Part shown: positions 1-11,143 of the stretch, piece by piece
Layout of the letters: each line of letters begins with the position of its first letter
How positions within the stretch are numbered: the first letter of the stretch is position 1
DNA from: Polynucleobacter meluiroseus
Lineage (GTDB): Bacteria; Pseudomonadota; Gammaproteobacteria; Burkholderiales; Burkholderiaceae
Reading direction: 5' to 3'
NCBI GenBank assembly: GCA_945864455.1
Contig: CAMBBT010000001.1
Location: forward strand, 1-41,256
Length of the DNA stretch: 41,256 nucleotides
Position numbers and translations under genes: made by a program
The notes under the pieces: generated by a model
Databases searched by the model: none
Told to the model about the DNA's origin: nothing
The model's input: the letters and a program-made list of their open reading frames with translations, nothing else

Positions 1-297
1 CACAATCGGAATGCGATTAACAAACTTATCCCAAAGCTTTAACCACCATTGACCAGCAAAATTAATCGCAAGTACACCAGTGAAAATGATGACTGCAATC
101 ACAATCAATATTCCAACACCTGGAAGGTCGCGGAAATGCTGAAAATCTAATGCGGTATCACTTGGAAGGACCACAATAATGGCGTGCATCACTGAGCCAA
201 AAACGCCGTCGAGCAAACCTAAACCCCACCCAATCACCCAAACGGTGACTGCCAGTGGTACCCAAACCAAGATGCCTGCGATAAAGTATTTTTTCAT
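1..297 (-). CDS. DUF502 family membrane protein (5' part; 3' end runs off the window)
   Basis: Hand translation from ATG at 297: MKKYFIAGILVWVPLAVTVWVIGWGLGLLDGVFG...LPGVGILIVIAVIIFTG...RIPIV; open to position 1; typical DUF502 N-terminus. Confidence 0.85.
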   Translation of the reverse strand, partial: MKKYFIAGILVWVPLAVTVWVIGWGLGLLDGVFGSVMHAIIVVLPSDTALDFQHFRDLPGVGILIVIAVIIFTGVLAINFAGQWWLKLWDKFVNRIPIV

Positions 298-349
298 GTG
301 TTCTGCCTAGCCAGCTATTTTAGCGGTTTAGAGCTCAAGCAGCCAAAGA

Positions 350-1936
350 CTAGTAAATACCTACGCTGATGATCAAAATTCCGGCTAAAAAACCACCCGT
401 AAAGAGCAAGGCTCCCACCACAAGACGGTGAGTACGCCTTTCTACGAGTAAAAGCGCTTTTAGGGCCTCTAGCTCGCCATTTTGATCTTTTGTCTGATTA
501 CTGCCTTGCACTAGGGCATCAGCAATCAAACGAGGCAAAGTTGGCAGTATCTTAGCCCAGGAAGGTGCCTCCGTTTTTAAGCCGTCAATTAAGCCGCGCC
601 AGCCCAACTGCTTACTAATCCATTTTTCCAGAATCGGCTTTGCAGTCTGCCAAAGATCAAGGTCAGGATCGAGTTCACGCGCCAGACCTTCGACATTCAA
701 TAAGGTCTTTGATAACAGGGACAGTTGTGGTTGGACTTCCACCTTAAAACGACGGGATGTTTGGAATAAACGAACTAGCACAATGCCCAAAGAAATCTCT
801 TTGAGTGGGCGGTCAAAGTAAGGTTCGCACACTGAACGTACAGCACCTTCCAATTCCTCGACCCGAGTATCAGCAGGCACCCAACCTGATTCCACATGCA
901 GCTCTGCTACACGCCGATAATCTCGATTAAAGAAAGCTAAAAAGTTAAGGGCTAAGTAGTTTTTATCGGATGCACTTAATGCGCCAACAATACCAAAATC
1001 TAGAGAAATAAATCGCCCAAAGCTATCTGGTTCCAAGCTAATCATAATATTTCCGGGATGCATATCCGCATGGAAAAAACCATATTCAAATACTTGAGTA
1101 AAAAATATCTCTACGCCCTCTGCTGCTAATTTTTTGAAATCTACTCCAGCGGCACGTAATTCATCAAAACGTCCGATAGATATACCATTCATCTTTTCCA
1201 TCACAATGACATTGGTGTGACATAGATCCCAATACATTTCTGGAATCATCAGCTTATCTGAGTCAATAAAATATCTTCTTAACTGACTGGCATTAGCAGC
1301 CTCACGCATGAGATCGAGCTCATCATGTAAATGTCTATCAAACTCAGCAACGTTTTCAGTGAGTTTTAAGCGGCGACCATCAGAAGACAGTTTTTCAATA
1401 ATTTTTGCTAGGTCGTACATTAAAGCGATATCGCTCTCAATGATCGGAAGGATCCCTGGGCGTAGAACTTTAATCGCAACTTCATGCTCATTCCATTCTG
1501 GATGCCTCTCAGTGGCCCGCAAAACTCCAAAGTGGACTTGTGCAACAGAGGCACTCGCTACAGGTGTGGCATCAAAACTAATAAAGATTTCCTCGATCGG
1601 CTGGCCAAGCGCTCTCTCAATTAGGCGACGCGACTCTTCATTAGAAAATGGCGGAACTTGGTCCTGTAGCTTAGCTAACTCATTAGCAATATCTTCTGGT
1701 AATAAATCTCGACGGGTTGAAAGCACTTGTCCAAATTTCACGAAGATTGGGCCAAGTGCTTCTAGCGTCAAACGAATGCGTTCACCTCTTGGTAGGTTGA
1801 CGCCAGGTGAGGACCAGCAGATAACCGTGAGAGCGCCCCTACCTATGCCTGGCTTGAGAGTGTCACGCAGGAGGGGTAATAAGCCATAACGCCAAGCGGT
1901 AAAGAAAATAAAACAAAGACGAGCAATTCGACGCAC
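350..1936 (-). CDS. ubiB: Ubiquinone biosynthesis kinase-like protein UbiB
   Basis: ABC1/UbiB motifs [52 protein letters not shown]; GTG start. Confidence 0.96.
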   Translation of the reverse strand: MRRIARLCFIFFTAWRYGLLPLLRDTLKPGIGRGALTVICWSSPGVNLPRGERIRLTLEALGPIFVKFGQVLSTRRDLLPEDIANELAKLQDQVPPFSNEESRRLIERALGQPIEEIFISFDATPVASASVAQVHFGVLRATERHPEWNEHEVAIKVLRPGILPIIESDIALMYDLAKIIEKLSSDGRRLKLTENVAEFDRHLHDELDLMREAANASQLRRYFIDSDKLMIPEMYWDLCHTNVIVMEKMNGISIGRFDELRAAGVDFKKLAAEGVEIFFTQVFEYGFFHADMHPGNIMISLEPDSFGRFISLDFGIVGALSASDKNYLALNFLAFFNRDYRRVAELHVESGWVPADTRVEELEGAVRSVCEPYFDRPLKEISLGIVLVRLFQTSRRFKVEVQPQLSLLSKTLLNVEGLARELDPDLDLWQTAKPILEKWISKQLGWRGLIDGLKTEAPSWAKILPTLPRLIADALVQGSNQTKDQNGELEALKALLLVERRTHRLVVGALLFTGGFLAGILIISVGIY

Positions 1937-1939
1937 GAT

Positions 1940-2560
1940 TTATCTAGCCTTCTGCTCTAAGAGTTGAATGCGCTTTTCGATTCGATCCACTGATTCGCGC
2001 AAGTCATTTAATTCGGATTTATGAGCTATAAAGTCTCGTTTGTTCAAGAGTATCTTTCTTTCTTCACTCACATACTCCACGACATTATCTAGTAAATCAG
2101 AGGCAGCAGAACGAGAGGCTGAGACAAATTTCTTACCTTGTCTCACAGCAAAGTTTGCCGGCGCATCACCAACTAAACGAGCCAAATCTTCTTCATACTC
2201 CCAATGTAGCTGTCCGGCTAAGCGACCTATTAATTGAGCTAAGTCCGCATCACCAGTAAGTTTCACAGCCTTAAAGGCTTGCTCACGCAAACTACCTGAA
2301 CTCGCCGCTAAATCGCTCAATGCTTTACTGGAAACTTCTAAAGTCAAGGAGGGGCTATCAGGCTCTTTTAAAACACCTAAGAAGCCAGTAGAAGCAATCT
2401 CAAAGCCAAGCTCACCGAAAGGTAGTTGGAGCAAAATCGTTTTGCCAGCATGTTTAGCCAATTCGGCTGATGCCCACGGCTCACTACCTAATACATGGTT
2501 TATGGCACGGCAAGCAGCGCCAGCAGCAATGGTATGGGTAGAAGATAAATGCGTATTCAT
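1940..2560 (-). CDS. ubiJ: Ubiquinone biosynthesis accessory factor UbiJ (SCP2 domain)
   Basis: SCP2-like GDADLAQ...LHWEYEEDLARLVGD motif plus C-terminal coiled coil; sits between ubiE and ubiB. Start moved to ATG 2560 because the longer ORF crosses a terminator hairpin. Confidence 0.85.
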   Translation of the reverse strand: MNTHLSSTHTIAAGAACRAINHVLGSEPWASAELAKHAGKTILLQLPFGELGFEIASTGFLGVLKEPDSPSLTLEVSSKALSDLAASSGSLREQAFKAVKLTGDADLAQLIGRLAGQLHWEYEEDLARLVGDAPANFAVRQGKKFVSASRSAASDLLDNVVEYVSEERKILLNKRDFIAHKSELNDLRESVDRIEKRIQLLEQKAR

Positions 2561-2566
2561 AAGTGT

Positions 2567-2592
2567 AAAAAACCCGCACAAGTGCGGGTTTT
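2567..2592 (-). terminator. Intrinsic terminator-like hairpin between the Tim44-like gene and ubiJ
   Basis: Minus strand AAAACCCGCA-CTTG-TGCGGGTTTTTT: GC stem, CUUG loop, U6 tract. Confidence 0.75.
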
Positions 2593-2613
2593 CCAATGGA
2601 AAGTACCTAGAGC

Positions 2614-3519
2614 TTAAACCAACTGCGAGATACCCGCTAGTACCCAGCCTCCTGGGCCCTCTACTGGCTTACTTAAATTCCAGATTTCAGAGAAGTCACT
2701 TGCCGGAGCGCCAACTTGCTCGCGAATCATGCCGCTGAACTGAATGCTACAGAAATAATGTGCATCTGCAGTCTCAATGCCAATGAGCTGGGCATTAATG
2801 GTGACTACATCCGTTTGATTCGTGGTGTCGGTCCGACCTGCTAAATCCTGCTGAATTGTGGCGAACATATCTGGTGTCGTAAATTCACGTAAGGAAACTA
2901 GATCGCCCTGATCCCAAGCTTTTTGCAAAGTAGAAAAGTACTGCTTTGCGCTCTCCAGAAAACTACGCTCATCAAAACCAGGTGGTAATGTTGATTGAAA
3001 TGGCTGCGGCTCAACACTCACACCGCCAAAGGCATTAGCAGCTGGCGTAAAGGCGGGCTCTTGTCTAGGAGCTTGCTCAATATTAGTACGCTGTAGACCC
3101 GTTGGAGCATTAGCACTTCTGCCTGCACCAGACATCGCTGGAAGCAATCTACGAATAACGAACATGATGGCAAAACCTGCCAACACAGCAATTAAAAGTC
3201 CAGTAATCATGGAGGATGCTCCCTCCCCTAAACCAAAATGCGATAAAAGATAGCCAATACCCAAACCAGCAGCTAGGCCGCCTAAAATACCTCCCATGCC
3301 ACCAAAGCGACTAGGCGCTGCTTGAGGAGCTGGAGCTGGAGCAGCAGGTTGAGCTTGTTGCGCTGGCTTTTGTGCTGGAGCAGCTTGCTTTTGCATTGGT
3401 GCGCTTGGGGCTTTTCCAATGCTCTTGCCATTCCCCAAACGGGCAGCATCAACATGTCCAACAGTTGCAAATACCAAAGTAAGACTTAGTAGAACTGATT
3501 TGAAAAAATGCTTATTCAT
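2614..3519 (-). CDS. Tim44-like domain membrane protein
   Basis: Signal peptide, Ala/Pro/Gln linker, GGLAAGLG transmembrane region, C-terminal FDERSFL..A...F..LQ.AWD...F.EIW.L...W.LAGI.Q Tim44 domain; SD GAGGGAG. Confidence 0.9.
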   Translation of the reverse strand: MNKHFFKSVLLSLTLVFATVGHVDAARLGNGKSIGKAPSAPMQKQAAPAQKPAQQAQPAAPAPAPQAAPSRFGGMGGILGGLAAGLGIGYLLSHFGLGEGASSMITGLLIAVLAGFAIMFVIRRLLPAMSGAGRSANAPTGLQRTNIEQAPRQEPAFTPAANAFGGVSVEPQPFQSTLPPGFDERSFLESAKQYFSTLQKAWDQGDLVSLREFTTPDMFATIQQDLAGRTDTTNQTDVVTINAQLIGIETADAHYFCSIQFSGMIREQVGAPASDFSEIWNLSKPVEGPGGWVLAGISQLV

Positions 3520-3587
3520 CTTTATTTACTCCCTCTAATAACCTCTGAACTACTGTAATTGATAAGCGCTTAAAAGCTCTATAACTG

Positions 3588-4331
3588 TCAGTATTTAACA
3601 CCAATATGTAAGGCAACGATACCCCCAGTCATCCTATGGGTTTCTACTTCATCAAAACCCACGCCCAACATCATTTCTTTGAGGGTTTGGGCATCTGGGT
3701 GCATCCGGATGGATTCCGCTAAATAACGATAGCTTTCGGAATCCTGGGCAATCTTATCGCCCAACCAAGGCAAAACCTTGAAAGAATAGGTGTCATATAC
3801 AGGCTGCAAGAATGCATCTGGTTTGGAGAATTCCAAGACTAGAACACGGCCACCTGGTTTAATCACACGGCACATTTCACCCAATGCCACATCTTTATGG
3901 GTCATATTGCGCAAACCAAATGCCACGGTGACAACATCGAAATGATTATTCGGAAACGGAATCTTTTCGGCATCAAACTGCACACAAGGTAAAGCCATGC
4001 CACGATCTAATAAACGATCACGGCCGACGCCCAGCATCGATGCGTTTATATCGCTTAACCAAACTTGCGCATCAGGATTGCTCCCCCAATCTGCTGCTTT
4101 TGCAAATGCCGCAGCCAAATCACCAGTTCCACCTGCAATGTCCAAGACCTTTTGACCAGGACGAATATTTGCACGCGCAATCGTAATTTTTTTCCAAACG
4201 CGATGTAAGCCAAATGACATGAAGTCATTCATCACATCATATTTACTGGCTACCGAATGAAATACCTCGGCAACCTTGCCAGCTTTTTCAGCCTCATCAA
4301 CACTTTGATAGCCGAAATGGGTTTTACTCAT
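3588..4331 (-). CDS. ubiE: Ubiquinone/menaquinone C-methyltransferase UbiE
   Basis: [44 protein letters not shown]; ATG overlaps the upstream stop (TAATG). Confidence 0.97.
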   Translation of the reverse strand: MSKTHFGYQSVDEAEKAGKVAEVFHSVASKYDVMNDFMSFGLHRVWKKITIARANIRPGQKVLDIAGGTGDLAAAFAKAADWGSNPDAQVWLSDINASMLGVGRDRLLDRGMALPCVQFDAEKIPFPNNHFDVVTVAFGLRNMTHKDVALGEMCRVIKPGGRVLVLEFSKPDAFLQPVYDTYSFKVLPWLGDKIAQDSESYRYLAESIRMHPDAQTLKEMMLGVGFDEVETHRMTGGIVALHIGVKY

Positions 4332-4717
4332 TAGTGGCTTCCACAAGATTTGCCAGCCACATTCATGGGAGCATCACGATCAAGCCCTGCGCCTGCCAAT
4401 TTATCCAAGTGCTCTTTCCATAACTGCTCTTGGTTCTCACACAGGTATTGCAAGTAATCCCATGAATATAGGCCTGAATCATGGCCATCAGAAAAACTAG
4501 GCTTTAGTGCGTAATGTCCAACAGGCTCAAGATTGGCAATCAAAACATCACGCTTACCAGTTTGCAAAGTTTCTTGCCCTGGTCCATGACCCTGAACTTC
4601 TGCTGAAGGTGATAGTACCCTCAAAAACTCAAAGGGTAGGTGATGGACATTGCCATTTTCATAAGAGAGCTCAAGCACCTTAGATTGCTGATGCACCACG
4701 ATATTATTTGGAATCAT
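4331..4717 (-). CDS. DUF971 / GBBH-like N-terminal domain protein
   Basis: [26 protein letters not shown]...[15 protein letters not shown]; TAATG overlaps at both ends. Confidence 0.9.
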   Translation of the reverse strand: MIPNNIVVHQQSKVLELSYENGNVHHLPFEFLRVLSPSAEVQGHGPGQETLQTGKRDVLIANLEPVGHYALKPSFSDGHDSGLYSWDYLQYLCENQEQLWKEHLDKLAGAGLDRDAPMNVAGKSCGSH

Positions 4718-7700
4718 TAGACGAGAACCCTTTCAATACCACCCTGATTTGCTTTAGCAACATAATCTTGCATCCAATTTTCACCCAGTAATTTGTTGGC
4801 CATCTCAACCACAATGTAATCAGCAGTGGTATCACTATCTGAATCGAAACGGCTTAAGCCTTGCAAGCAAGACGGGCAGCTTGTCAACACTTTGACATCA
4901 CCAGTAGGGCTGTCCTTGCGTAAATCATTGGCAGCTTTTTCCATCTCAATTTGCTTACGAAAGCGAACCTGGGTCGAGATGTCTGGCCTTGTAACAGCCA
5001 AGGTTCCAGCCTCGCCACAGCAACGGTCATTCTTCAAAATCGCCTTGCCATCTTCTAATTGAATCAACTCATTAACAGTCTTTAAGGGATCCTGTAACTT
5101 CATTGGAGAATGACAAGGATCGTGATACATATACTTCACACCGGTTACCCCAGAGAGCTTAACGCCTTTTTCTGCCAAGTACTCATGAATATCAATGATG
5201 CGGCAACCGGGGAAAATTTGATCAAACTGATAGCCGGCTAACTGGTCGTAACAAGTGCCGCAGGAGACTACTACGGTCTTGATATCTAAGTAGTTCAGAG
5301 TATTAGCAACCCGATGAAATAAGACGCGGTTGTCGGTAATCATCTTCTCGGCTTTGTCAAAATCACCATTACCACGCTGTGGATAGCCGCAGCATAAATA
5401 ACCTGGCGGCAGTACTGTTTGTACACCAACATTCCACAGCATTGCTTGAGTTGCTAAACCCACTTGTGAGAAGAGGCGCTCAGATCCGCAGCCCGGGAAG
5501 TAAAACACAGCTTCAGTATCAGCAGAAGTAGTCTTAGGATCACGAATAATCGGTACATAGTTTGCGTCTTCGATATCTAACAAAGCGCGAGCGGTTTTCT
5601 TGGGTAAATTACCAGGCATTTTTTTGTTTACAAAGAAAATAACCTGTTCAGTGATGGTCGGCTTACCCACAGTTGCAGGGGGATGTGCAGTTTGCTTTTT
5701 AGCAAACTTACGCAAAACATCATTACCTAGGCGCTGTAACTTATAGCCCCAACCAATCATGGCCGTACGAACCAAATTAATCGTCTCTGGACTAGTGGCA
5801 TTCAAGAAAAGCATTGATGCTGCCGTGCCTGGATTAAAACGTTGCTGACCCATCTTACGCATCAGGTTGCGCATATTCATTGTGACATCACCAAAGTCGA
5901 TATTGACTGGGCAAGGTGTCAGGCATTTATGGCAAACAGTGCAGTGTGCTGCTACATCGTCAAACATTTCCCAATGACGAATGGAAACACCACGACGGGT
6001 TTGCTCTTCGTACAAGAAAGCTTCTATTAACAATGAGGTAGCTAAAATTTTGTCGCGTGGGCTATACAGTAAATTAGCGCGTGGAACATGGGTAGCGCAG
6101 ACGGGCTTGCACTTACCGCAGCGCAGGCAATCCTTCACACTATCAGCAATCGCTCCGATATCACTTTGCTGCATGATGATGGACTCATGCCCCATTAAGC
6201 CAAAGCTTGGCGTGTAGGCCATGCTCAGATCCGCATGCGGCATCAGCTTACCCTTGTTAAACCTTCCTTCAGGGTCAACACGGTTCTTATAACTCCGGAA
6301 ATCTTTAAGTTCCGCTTCGGTTAAATACTCAAGCTTAGTAATACCAATCCCGTGTTCACCAGAAATCACGCCATCTAGGGAGCGGGCCAATTTCATGATG
6401 CGATCGACTGAGCGATGTGCATCTTGCAACATCTCATAGTCATCCGAGTTCACTGGAATATTGGTATGCACATTGCCGTCACCAGCATGCATATGTAAGG
6501 CTATGAATACCCGTTTGCGCAAAATACTTTTATGAATCGCTTCAAGCTTAGCCAGAATGGGCTCAAACGCCAGACCACCAAAAATAATACGCAATTCAGA
6601 ACGGACTTCTTCTTTCCATGAAGAGCGCAAACTATAATTTTGTAGTTGCGGGAAATAGGTATCCATCTGCGTGAGCCAATCAGACCAGCGAATACGCACC
6701 TTAGCAATAAGCTCTAGAGCTTGCTGAACACGATCTCCCAAAATTTCTGCTGTTGGTATCTCGTATTCTTCGTCGGTCTTACCTAATGGCAAAGTACCTT
6801 TTTTCAAAAAGGTCTCTAGACCATCAAGAACCTGTAATTTGTTTTTTAAAGACAGTTCAATGTTGATGCGCTCAATGCCATCGGTGTACTCGCCCATCCG
6901 CGGCAATGGAATGACAACGTCTTCATTAATCTTGAATGCATTGGTATGGCGAGCAATAGCTGCTGTGCGGGCACGATCTAACCAAAACTTTTTACGAGCT
7001 TCTGCGCTGACAGCAACAAAGCCTTCGCCAACACGCAAGTTCGCCATGCGTACTACTTCGCTAGTAGCTGCCGCTACTGCTTCTTCATTATCGCCAGCAA
7101 TATCCCCAATTAAGACCATCTTAGGCAAGCTATTGCGCTTGGATTTTGTGGAATAGCCAACCGCTTTTAAGTAACGATCATCTAAATGCTCTAGGCCAGC
7201 CAAAATAGGACCACCCTGTTTACTTAAGCCATCTAAATACGCTTTAATCTCCACAATACTTGGAATAGCTTCACGCGCTTGACCAAAGAACTCAAGGCAA
7301 ACAGTACGCATAAACTGAGGCATACGATGCAATATCCAAGTTGCGCTAGTAATTAATCCGTCGCAACCTTCTTTTTGAATACCAGGTAAGCCAGATAAAA
7401 ATTTATCCGTAACGTCTTTACCTAAACCTTCTTTACGAAAACGTTTACCTTCAACTTCCAGTAATTCTGTTTTCAGAATACGTTGTCCAGGCTCACTATT
7501 GCCATCAGACCACGTTAGCTGGAAGCGGACAGTTACAACATCATGAATCTTGCCAAGGTTATGTTCAAGACGCTCTACGTCTAGCCAATTGCCTTGCGGA
7601 TCAACCATGCGCCAGCTTGCAAGATTATCTAAAGCAGTTCCCCAGATCACTGCTTTTTTTCCGCCCGCATTCATAGCAATATTGCCACCAATACAGCTTG

Positions 7701-8556
7701 CATCTGCAGAAGTGGGATCAACTGCAAACACCAATCCAACCTGCTCTGCAGCATCGGACACACGACGGGTTACAACTCCAGCGCCCGTAAAAATCGTAGG
7801 CACGTCATGATCAAGACCAGGTAGGCGCTTGTGCTTTACCCCATCAATTTGCTCGAGCTTCTCGGTATTAATCACTGCAGACATGGCATAGAGGGGAATA
7901 GCGCCACCGGTATAACCAGTCCCGCCTCCACGAGGAATGATCGTGAGGCCCAATGCAACACAAGCTTTAACTAAGCCTGGAATTTCAGATTCATAATCAG
8001 GCTTCAGAACAACTAATGGATACTCCACCCGCCAGTCAGTTGCATCCGTCACGTGTGCGGCACGTGATACACCATCAAAACAAATATTATCAGTAGCAGT
8101 ATGGCGACCTAATTCTTTATTGGCACGCTTGCGAATTTGCTCAACTTCTTTAAAGCCGCTTTCAAAACTCTCAATAGCACCGTAAGCGGCACTTACTAAA
8201 ATTTCTACTTGATCAGCAGAGTCGCCACTATTTCTTTTTTTGACTTCGCCCAGACGATGCCATAAAGCATCAATCAATTGTTTGCGTCGAGCAGGGCTAT
8301 CCAATAAATCATCCTGCAAAAATGGATTGCGTTGAACTACCCAAATATCACCCAAGATTTCAAACAACATCCTTGCAGAGCGGCCAGTTCGACGGACACC
8401 GCGCAAATCATTCAGAACGCGCCATGACTCCTCGCCCAGCAAGCGAATAACAATCTCTCGATCTGAATAGGAGGTGTAGTTGTAAGGAATTTCACGAAGA
8501 CGGGGGGAATCCGCCTCAGCGTCCAACAACTGGTTCAAAGCTAATGGGGCATTCAT
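4717..8556 (-). CDS. Large FAD-linked oxidoreductase with 2x[4Fe-4S] and CCG domains (DUF3683 family, GlcD/GlcF-like fusion)
   Basis: [38 protein letters not shown]; [11 protein letters not shown] and [12 protein letters not shown]; two CCG domains (YLCCG/SCGTC, RCCG/SCPSC). Confidence 0.9.
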   Translation of the reverse strand: MNAPLALNQLLDAEADSPRLREIPYNYTSYSDREIVIRLLGEESWRVLNDLRGVRRTGRSARMLFEILGDIWVVQRNPFLQDDLLDSPARRKQLIDALWHRLGEVKKRNSGDSADQVEILVSAAYGAIESFESGFKEVEQIRKRANKELGRHTATDNICFDGVSRAAHVTDATDWRVEYPLVVLKPDYESEIPGLVKACVALGLTIIPRGGGTGYTGGAIPLYAMSAVINTEKLEQIDGVKHKRLPGLDHDVPTIFTGAGVVTRRVSDAAEQVGLVFAVDPTSADASCIGGNIAMNAGGKKAVIWGTALDNLASWRMVDPQGNWLDVERLEHNLGKIHDVVTVRFQLTWSDGNSEPGQRILKTELLEVEGKRFRKEGLGKDVTDKFLSGLPGIQKEGCDGLITSATWILHRMPQFMRTVCLEFFGQAREAIPSIVEIKAYLDGLSKQGGPILAGLEHLDDRYLKAVGYSTKSKRNSLPKMVLIGDIAGDNEEAVAAATSEVVRMANLRVGEGFVAVSAEARKKFWLDRARTAAIARHTNAFKINEDVVIPLPRMGEYTDGIERINIELSLKNKLQVLDGLETFLKKGTLPLGKTDEEYEIPTAEILGDRVQQALELIAKVRIRWSDWLTQMDTYFPQLQNYSLRSSWKEEVRSELRIIFGGLAFEPILAKLEAIHKSILRKRVFIALHMHAGDGNVHTNIPVNSDDYEMLQDAHRSVDRIMKLARSLDGVISGEHGIGITKLEYLTEAELKDFRSYKNRVDPEGRFNKGKLMPHADLSMAYTPSFGLMGHESIIMQQSDIGAIADSVKDCLRCGKCKPVCATHVPRANLLYSPRDKILATSLLIEAFLYEEQTRRGVSIRHWEMFDDVAAHCTVCHKCLTPCPVNIDFGDVTMNMRNLMRKMGQQRFNPGTAASMLFLNATSPETINLVRTAMIGWGYKLQRLGNDVLRKFAKKQTAHPPATVGKPTITEQVIFFVNKKMPGNLPKKTARALLDIEDANYVPIIRDPKTTSADTEAVFYFPGCGSERLFSQVGLATQAMLWNVGVQTVLPPGYLCCGYPQRGNGDFDKAEKMITDNRVLFHRVANTLNYLDIKTVVVSCGTCYDQLAGYQFDQIFPGCRIIDIHEYLAEKGVKLSGVTGVKYMYHDPCHSPMKLQDPLKTVNELIQLEDGKAILKNDRCCGEAGTLAVTRPDISTQVRFRKQIEMEKAANDLRKDSPTGDVKVLTSCPSCLQGLSRFDSDSDTTADYIVVEMANKLLGENWMQDYVAKANQGGIERVLV

Positions 8557-8675
8557 AGCGACATATTTGGTAAATAAGTATTTTAATTGAGCGAACCTGA
8601 TAGTGGCAGGAAAAGGTGAAAGTCGCTCCCCGAGGAGATAAACCCTTTCAAAGTTAAGGGCTTAGGAGCCATCCG

Positions 8676-8684
8676 TGGTACGCT
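8676..8684 (+). promoter_or_regulatory. Putative extended -10 promoter of ilvA (leaderless geometry)
   Basis: TG-g-TACGCT followed by 6 nt then ATG 8691; no SD in between. Confidence 0.5.
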
Positions 8685-8690
8685 CATTGG

Positions 8691-10211
8691 ATGGCAACGA
8701 ACTATTTAAAGAAAATTTTATCGGCTCGCGTCTATGACGTAGCCAGAGAAACTGAGCTACAGCTGGCCCCTGAGCTCACTAAACGTTTGGGTAACCAGGT
8801 CCTCTTAAAAAGAGAGGATAACCAACCCGTTTTCTCATTCAAACTGCGTGGCGCCTATAACAAGATGGCCAATTTACCTCCGGCTGCCCTAAAGCGTGGA
8901 GTGATCGCAGCTTCAGCGGGTAATCATGCCCAAGGGGTAGCTCTTTCAGCAGCCAAAATGAAATGTAAGGCCGTCATCGTGATGCCGGTAACCACGCCTA
9001 GCCTCAAAATTGATGCAGTAAAGGCTAGGGGCGGTTCTTGGGTAGAGATCATTCTGCATGGAGAATCTTATAGCGATGCCTTCAAGTACTCCGAACTCTT
9101 AGGCAAAAAACGGGGTCTGACTTTTGTCCATCCTTTTGATGATCCTGATGTGATTGCCGGTCAAGGAACTATTGCTCATGAAATTTTTACCCAGTATGAA
9201 AAGCCCATCGATGCAGTCTTTGTAGCAATTGGCGGCGGCGGCTTGATTGCTGGCATTGGTGAATATATTAAAGCGGTTAGCCCTAAGACAAAAGTGATTG
9301 GTGTGCAAGCTTCAGACTCTGATGCCATGAATCAATCTCTCAAAGCAGGCAAACGAATTGAGATGAAAGATGTTGGCCTCTTCTCTGATGGTACTGCTGT
9401 CAAATTGGTTGGCAAAGAGACTTTCCGCATTTGCAAAAAAGTGGTTGATGAAATCATTACTGTCGATACCGATGAAATCTGCGCAGCCATTAATGATGTC
9501 TTTACTGATACCCGCAGCATCCTTGAGCCTGCTGGCGCATTAGCGATTGCGGGCATGAAAAAGTATGTTCAGAAAAAGCGTATCCAGAAGAAAACGCTTG
9601 TGGCAGTCGCTTGTGGTGCCAATATGAATTTTAGTCGTCTACGCTTTGTAGCAGAACGCGCAGATGTTGGTGAGTTTCGTGAAGCAGTATTTGCAGTGAC
9701 CATTCCTGAAGAGCGTGGCTCCTTCAAGCGTTTCTGCCAATTACTCGGCAAGCGCAATGTGACAGAATTTAACTATCGCATTGGCGATCAAAGCGAAGCA
9801 CATATTTTTGTTGGCATCAGTACACAGAAAGCTGGCGATAGCGCATTAATTGCAAACCATTTCCGCAAAGCGAAGTTTGCAACGATTGACTTAACCCATG
9901 ATGAATTGGCGAAGTCTCATCTACGCCATATGGTGGGTGGTCACTCTGACCTTGCTAAAGATGAATTGCTCTACCGCTTTGAGTTCCCAGAACGTCCAGG
10001 GGCACTGATGAAATTCTTAACGAGCATGGCACCTAACTGGAATATCAGCTTGTTCCATTATCGCAACCATGGTGCGGACTATGGCCGTATCCTGGTAGGC
10101 ATCCAGGTTCCCAAGAATGAGCAAAAGAAATTCCAAACCTTTTTAGAGAAGCTAGCTTATCCGCATTGGGATGAAAGCAATAATCCCGCTTATCGTCTTT
10201 TCTTGAAATGA
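8691..10211 (+). CDS. ilvA: Threonine ammonia-lyase, biosynthetic
   Basis: LKREDNQPVFSFKLRGAYN PLP lysine motif, SAGNHAQG, C-terminal regulatory domains (FEFPERPGAL, LFHYRNHG). Confidence 0.97.
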   Translation: MATNYLKKILSARVYDVARETELQLAPELTKRLGNQVLLKREDNQPVFSFKLRGAYNKMANLPPAALKRGVIAASAGNHAQGVALSAAKMKCKAVIVMPVTTPSLKIDAVKARGGSWVEIILHGESYSDAFKYSELLGKKRGLTFVHPFDDPDVIAGQGTIAHEIFTQYEKPIDAVFVAIGGGGLIAGIGEYIKAVSPKTKVIGVQASDSDAMNQSLKAGKRIEMKDVGLFSDGTAVKLVGKETFRICKKVVDEIITVDTDEICAAINDVFTDTRSILEPAGALAIAGMKKYVQKKRIQKKTLVAVACGANMNFSRLRFVAERADVGEFREAVFAVTIPEERGSFKRFCQLLGKRNVTEFNYRIGDQSEAHIFVGISTQKAGDSALIANHFRKAKFATIDLTHDELAKSHLRHMVGGHSDLAKDELLYRFEFPERPGALMKFLTSMAPNWNISLFHYRNHGADYGRILVGIQVPKNEQKKFQTFLEKLAYPHWDESNNPAYRLFLK

Positions 10212-10226
10212 AACTGAATACGTAAG

Positions 10227-11138
10227 ATGTCATATACGCTCACCGGAAAACTTGTCGTCGCGATTTCTTCGCGCGCCCTGTTTGATTTTGAAGAAGAGAA
10301 TCGCATCTTCGAATCGACTGATGACAGCGCTTATATGAAATTACAGCTCGAGCGCCTTAGTGAGGCAGCTCAAAAAGGCGTGGCCTTTCCCTTGGTCAAA
10401 AAACTCCTTGCCTTTAATGAGAAGGGTGTACAACGCGTTGAGGTGGTGATCCTCTCCCGTAATGATCCAGTCAGTGGCTTGAGGGTATTTCGCTCTGCAG
10501 AGCATCATGGCTTACATCTCGAGCGTGGCGTATTTACAAGGGGTCGCCCTCCATATCACTACCTGCGTTCATTACACGCCAACCTTTTCTTATCTGCCAA
10601 TGAAGATGATGTGCGAGCCACAATTGATGCTGGCTTTCCAGCAGCACGTGTGTATCCAGAATCAAGCAAAACAGCCGAATCCCATCCCAATGAAATCCGC
10701 ATTGCATTTGACGGTGACGCAGTGCTCTTCTCTGATGAGGCAGAGCAAGTCTTCCAGAAAAAAGGTCTTGAGGCTTTTGTAGATCATGAAAGCAAGAAGG
10801 TCGACATTCCATTGCCGCCTGGGCCCTTCAAACCCTTGCTTGAAGCACTCCATAGCCTGCAACGCTCCACCAGTGAGAATGGCATGCGTATTCGTACTGC
10901 CTTGGTTACTGCGCGCTCCGCTCCTGCGCATGAGCGTGCCATCCGGACCCTCATGGCATGGGGTATCGATGTCGATGAAGCCATGTTCTTAGGTGGCTTA
11001 TCAAAGAGTGCGTTCTTGCGAGAATTCGAACCAGACTTCTTCTTCGACGATCAAACTGGTCATTGCCAATCCGCTGCATCGGTTGCGCCTACTGGCCATG
11101 TGGTATCCGGCGTTTCGAACAAACCCAAAGCAAAGTAA
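10227..11138 (+). CDS. 5'-nucleotidase (cN-I-like family)
   Basis: LVVAISSRALFD, RIAFDGDAVLFSDEAE, LVTARSAPAHERAIRTL, FFDDQ motifs. Confidence 0.9.
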   Translation: MSYTLTGKLVVAISSRALFDFEEENRIFESTDDSAYMKLQLERLSEAAQKGVAFPLVKKLLAFNEKGVQRVEVVILSRNDPVSGLRVFRSAEHHGLHLERGVFTRGRPPYHYLRSLHANLFLSANEDDVRATIDAGFPAARVYPESSKTAESHPNEIRIAFDGDAVLFSDEAEQVFQKKGLEAFVDHESKKVDIPLPPGPFKPLLEALHSLQRSTSENGMRIRTALVTARSAPAHERAIRTLMAWGIDVDEAMFLGGLSKSAFLREFEPDFFFDDQTGHCQSAASVAPTGHVVSGVSNKPKAK

Positions 11139-11143
11139 GCATC

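Noticed and set aside
1308-1889. 193-aa plus-strand ORF and the many other 60-150 aa ORFs in the track that overlap real genes
   Set aside because: Antisense or off-frame shadows of well-supported genes, with no recognisable motifs
3310-3400. GCTGGA/GCAGC-type short repeats in the Tim44-like gene (similar repeats in the rplY tail, 31260-31325)
   Set aside because: Explained by Ala/Pro/Gln low-complexity linkers; not regularly spaced, no CRISPR or VNTR structure
8596-8660. Nested short inverted repeats in the oxidoreductase/ilvA spacer (GAAAGGGT/ACCTTTTC, CTCC/GGAG) as a possible riboswitch or ilv attenuator
   Set aside because: Stems are short, there is no Ile/Leu/Val/Thr-rich leader ORF, and the region lies upstream of both predicted -10 boxes
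11063-11143. N-terminal extensions given by the ORF track for queF (also ubiJ, ubiE, kdsC, hprK, mutY, ispE, cyoE)
   Set aside because: They overlap upstream genes or hairpins; downstream ATGs fit family N-termini and coupling patterns better
11139-11143. preQ1 riboswitch upstream of queF
   Set aside because: Only 5 bp of intergenic sequence and no preQ1 aptamer pattern visible
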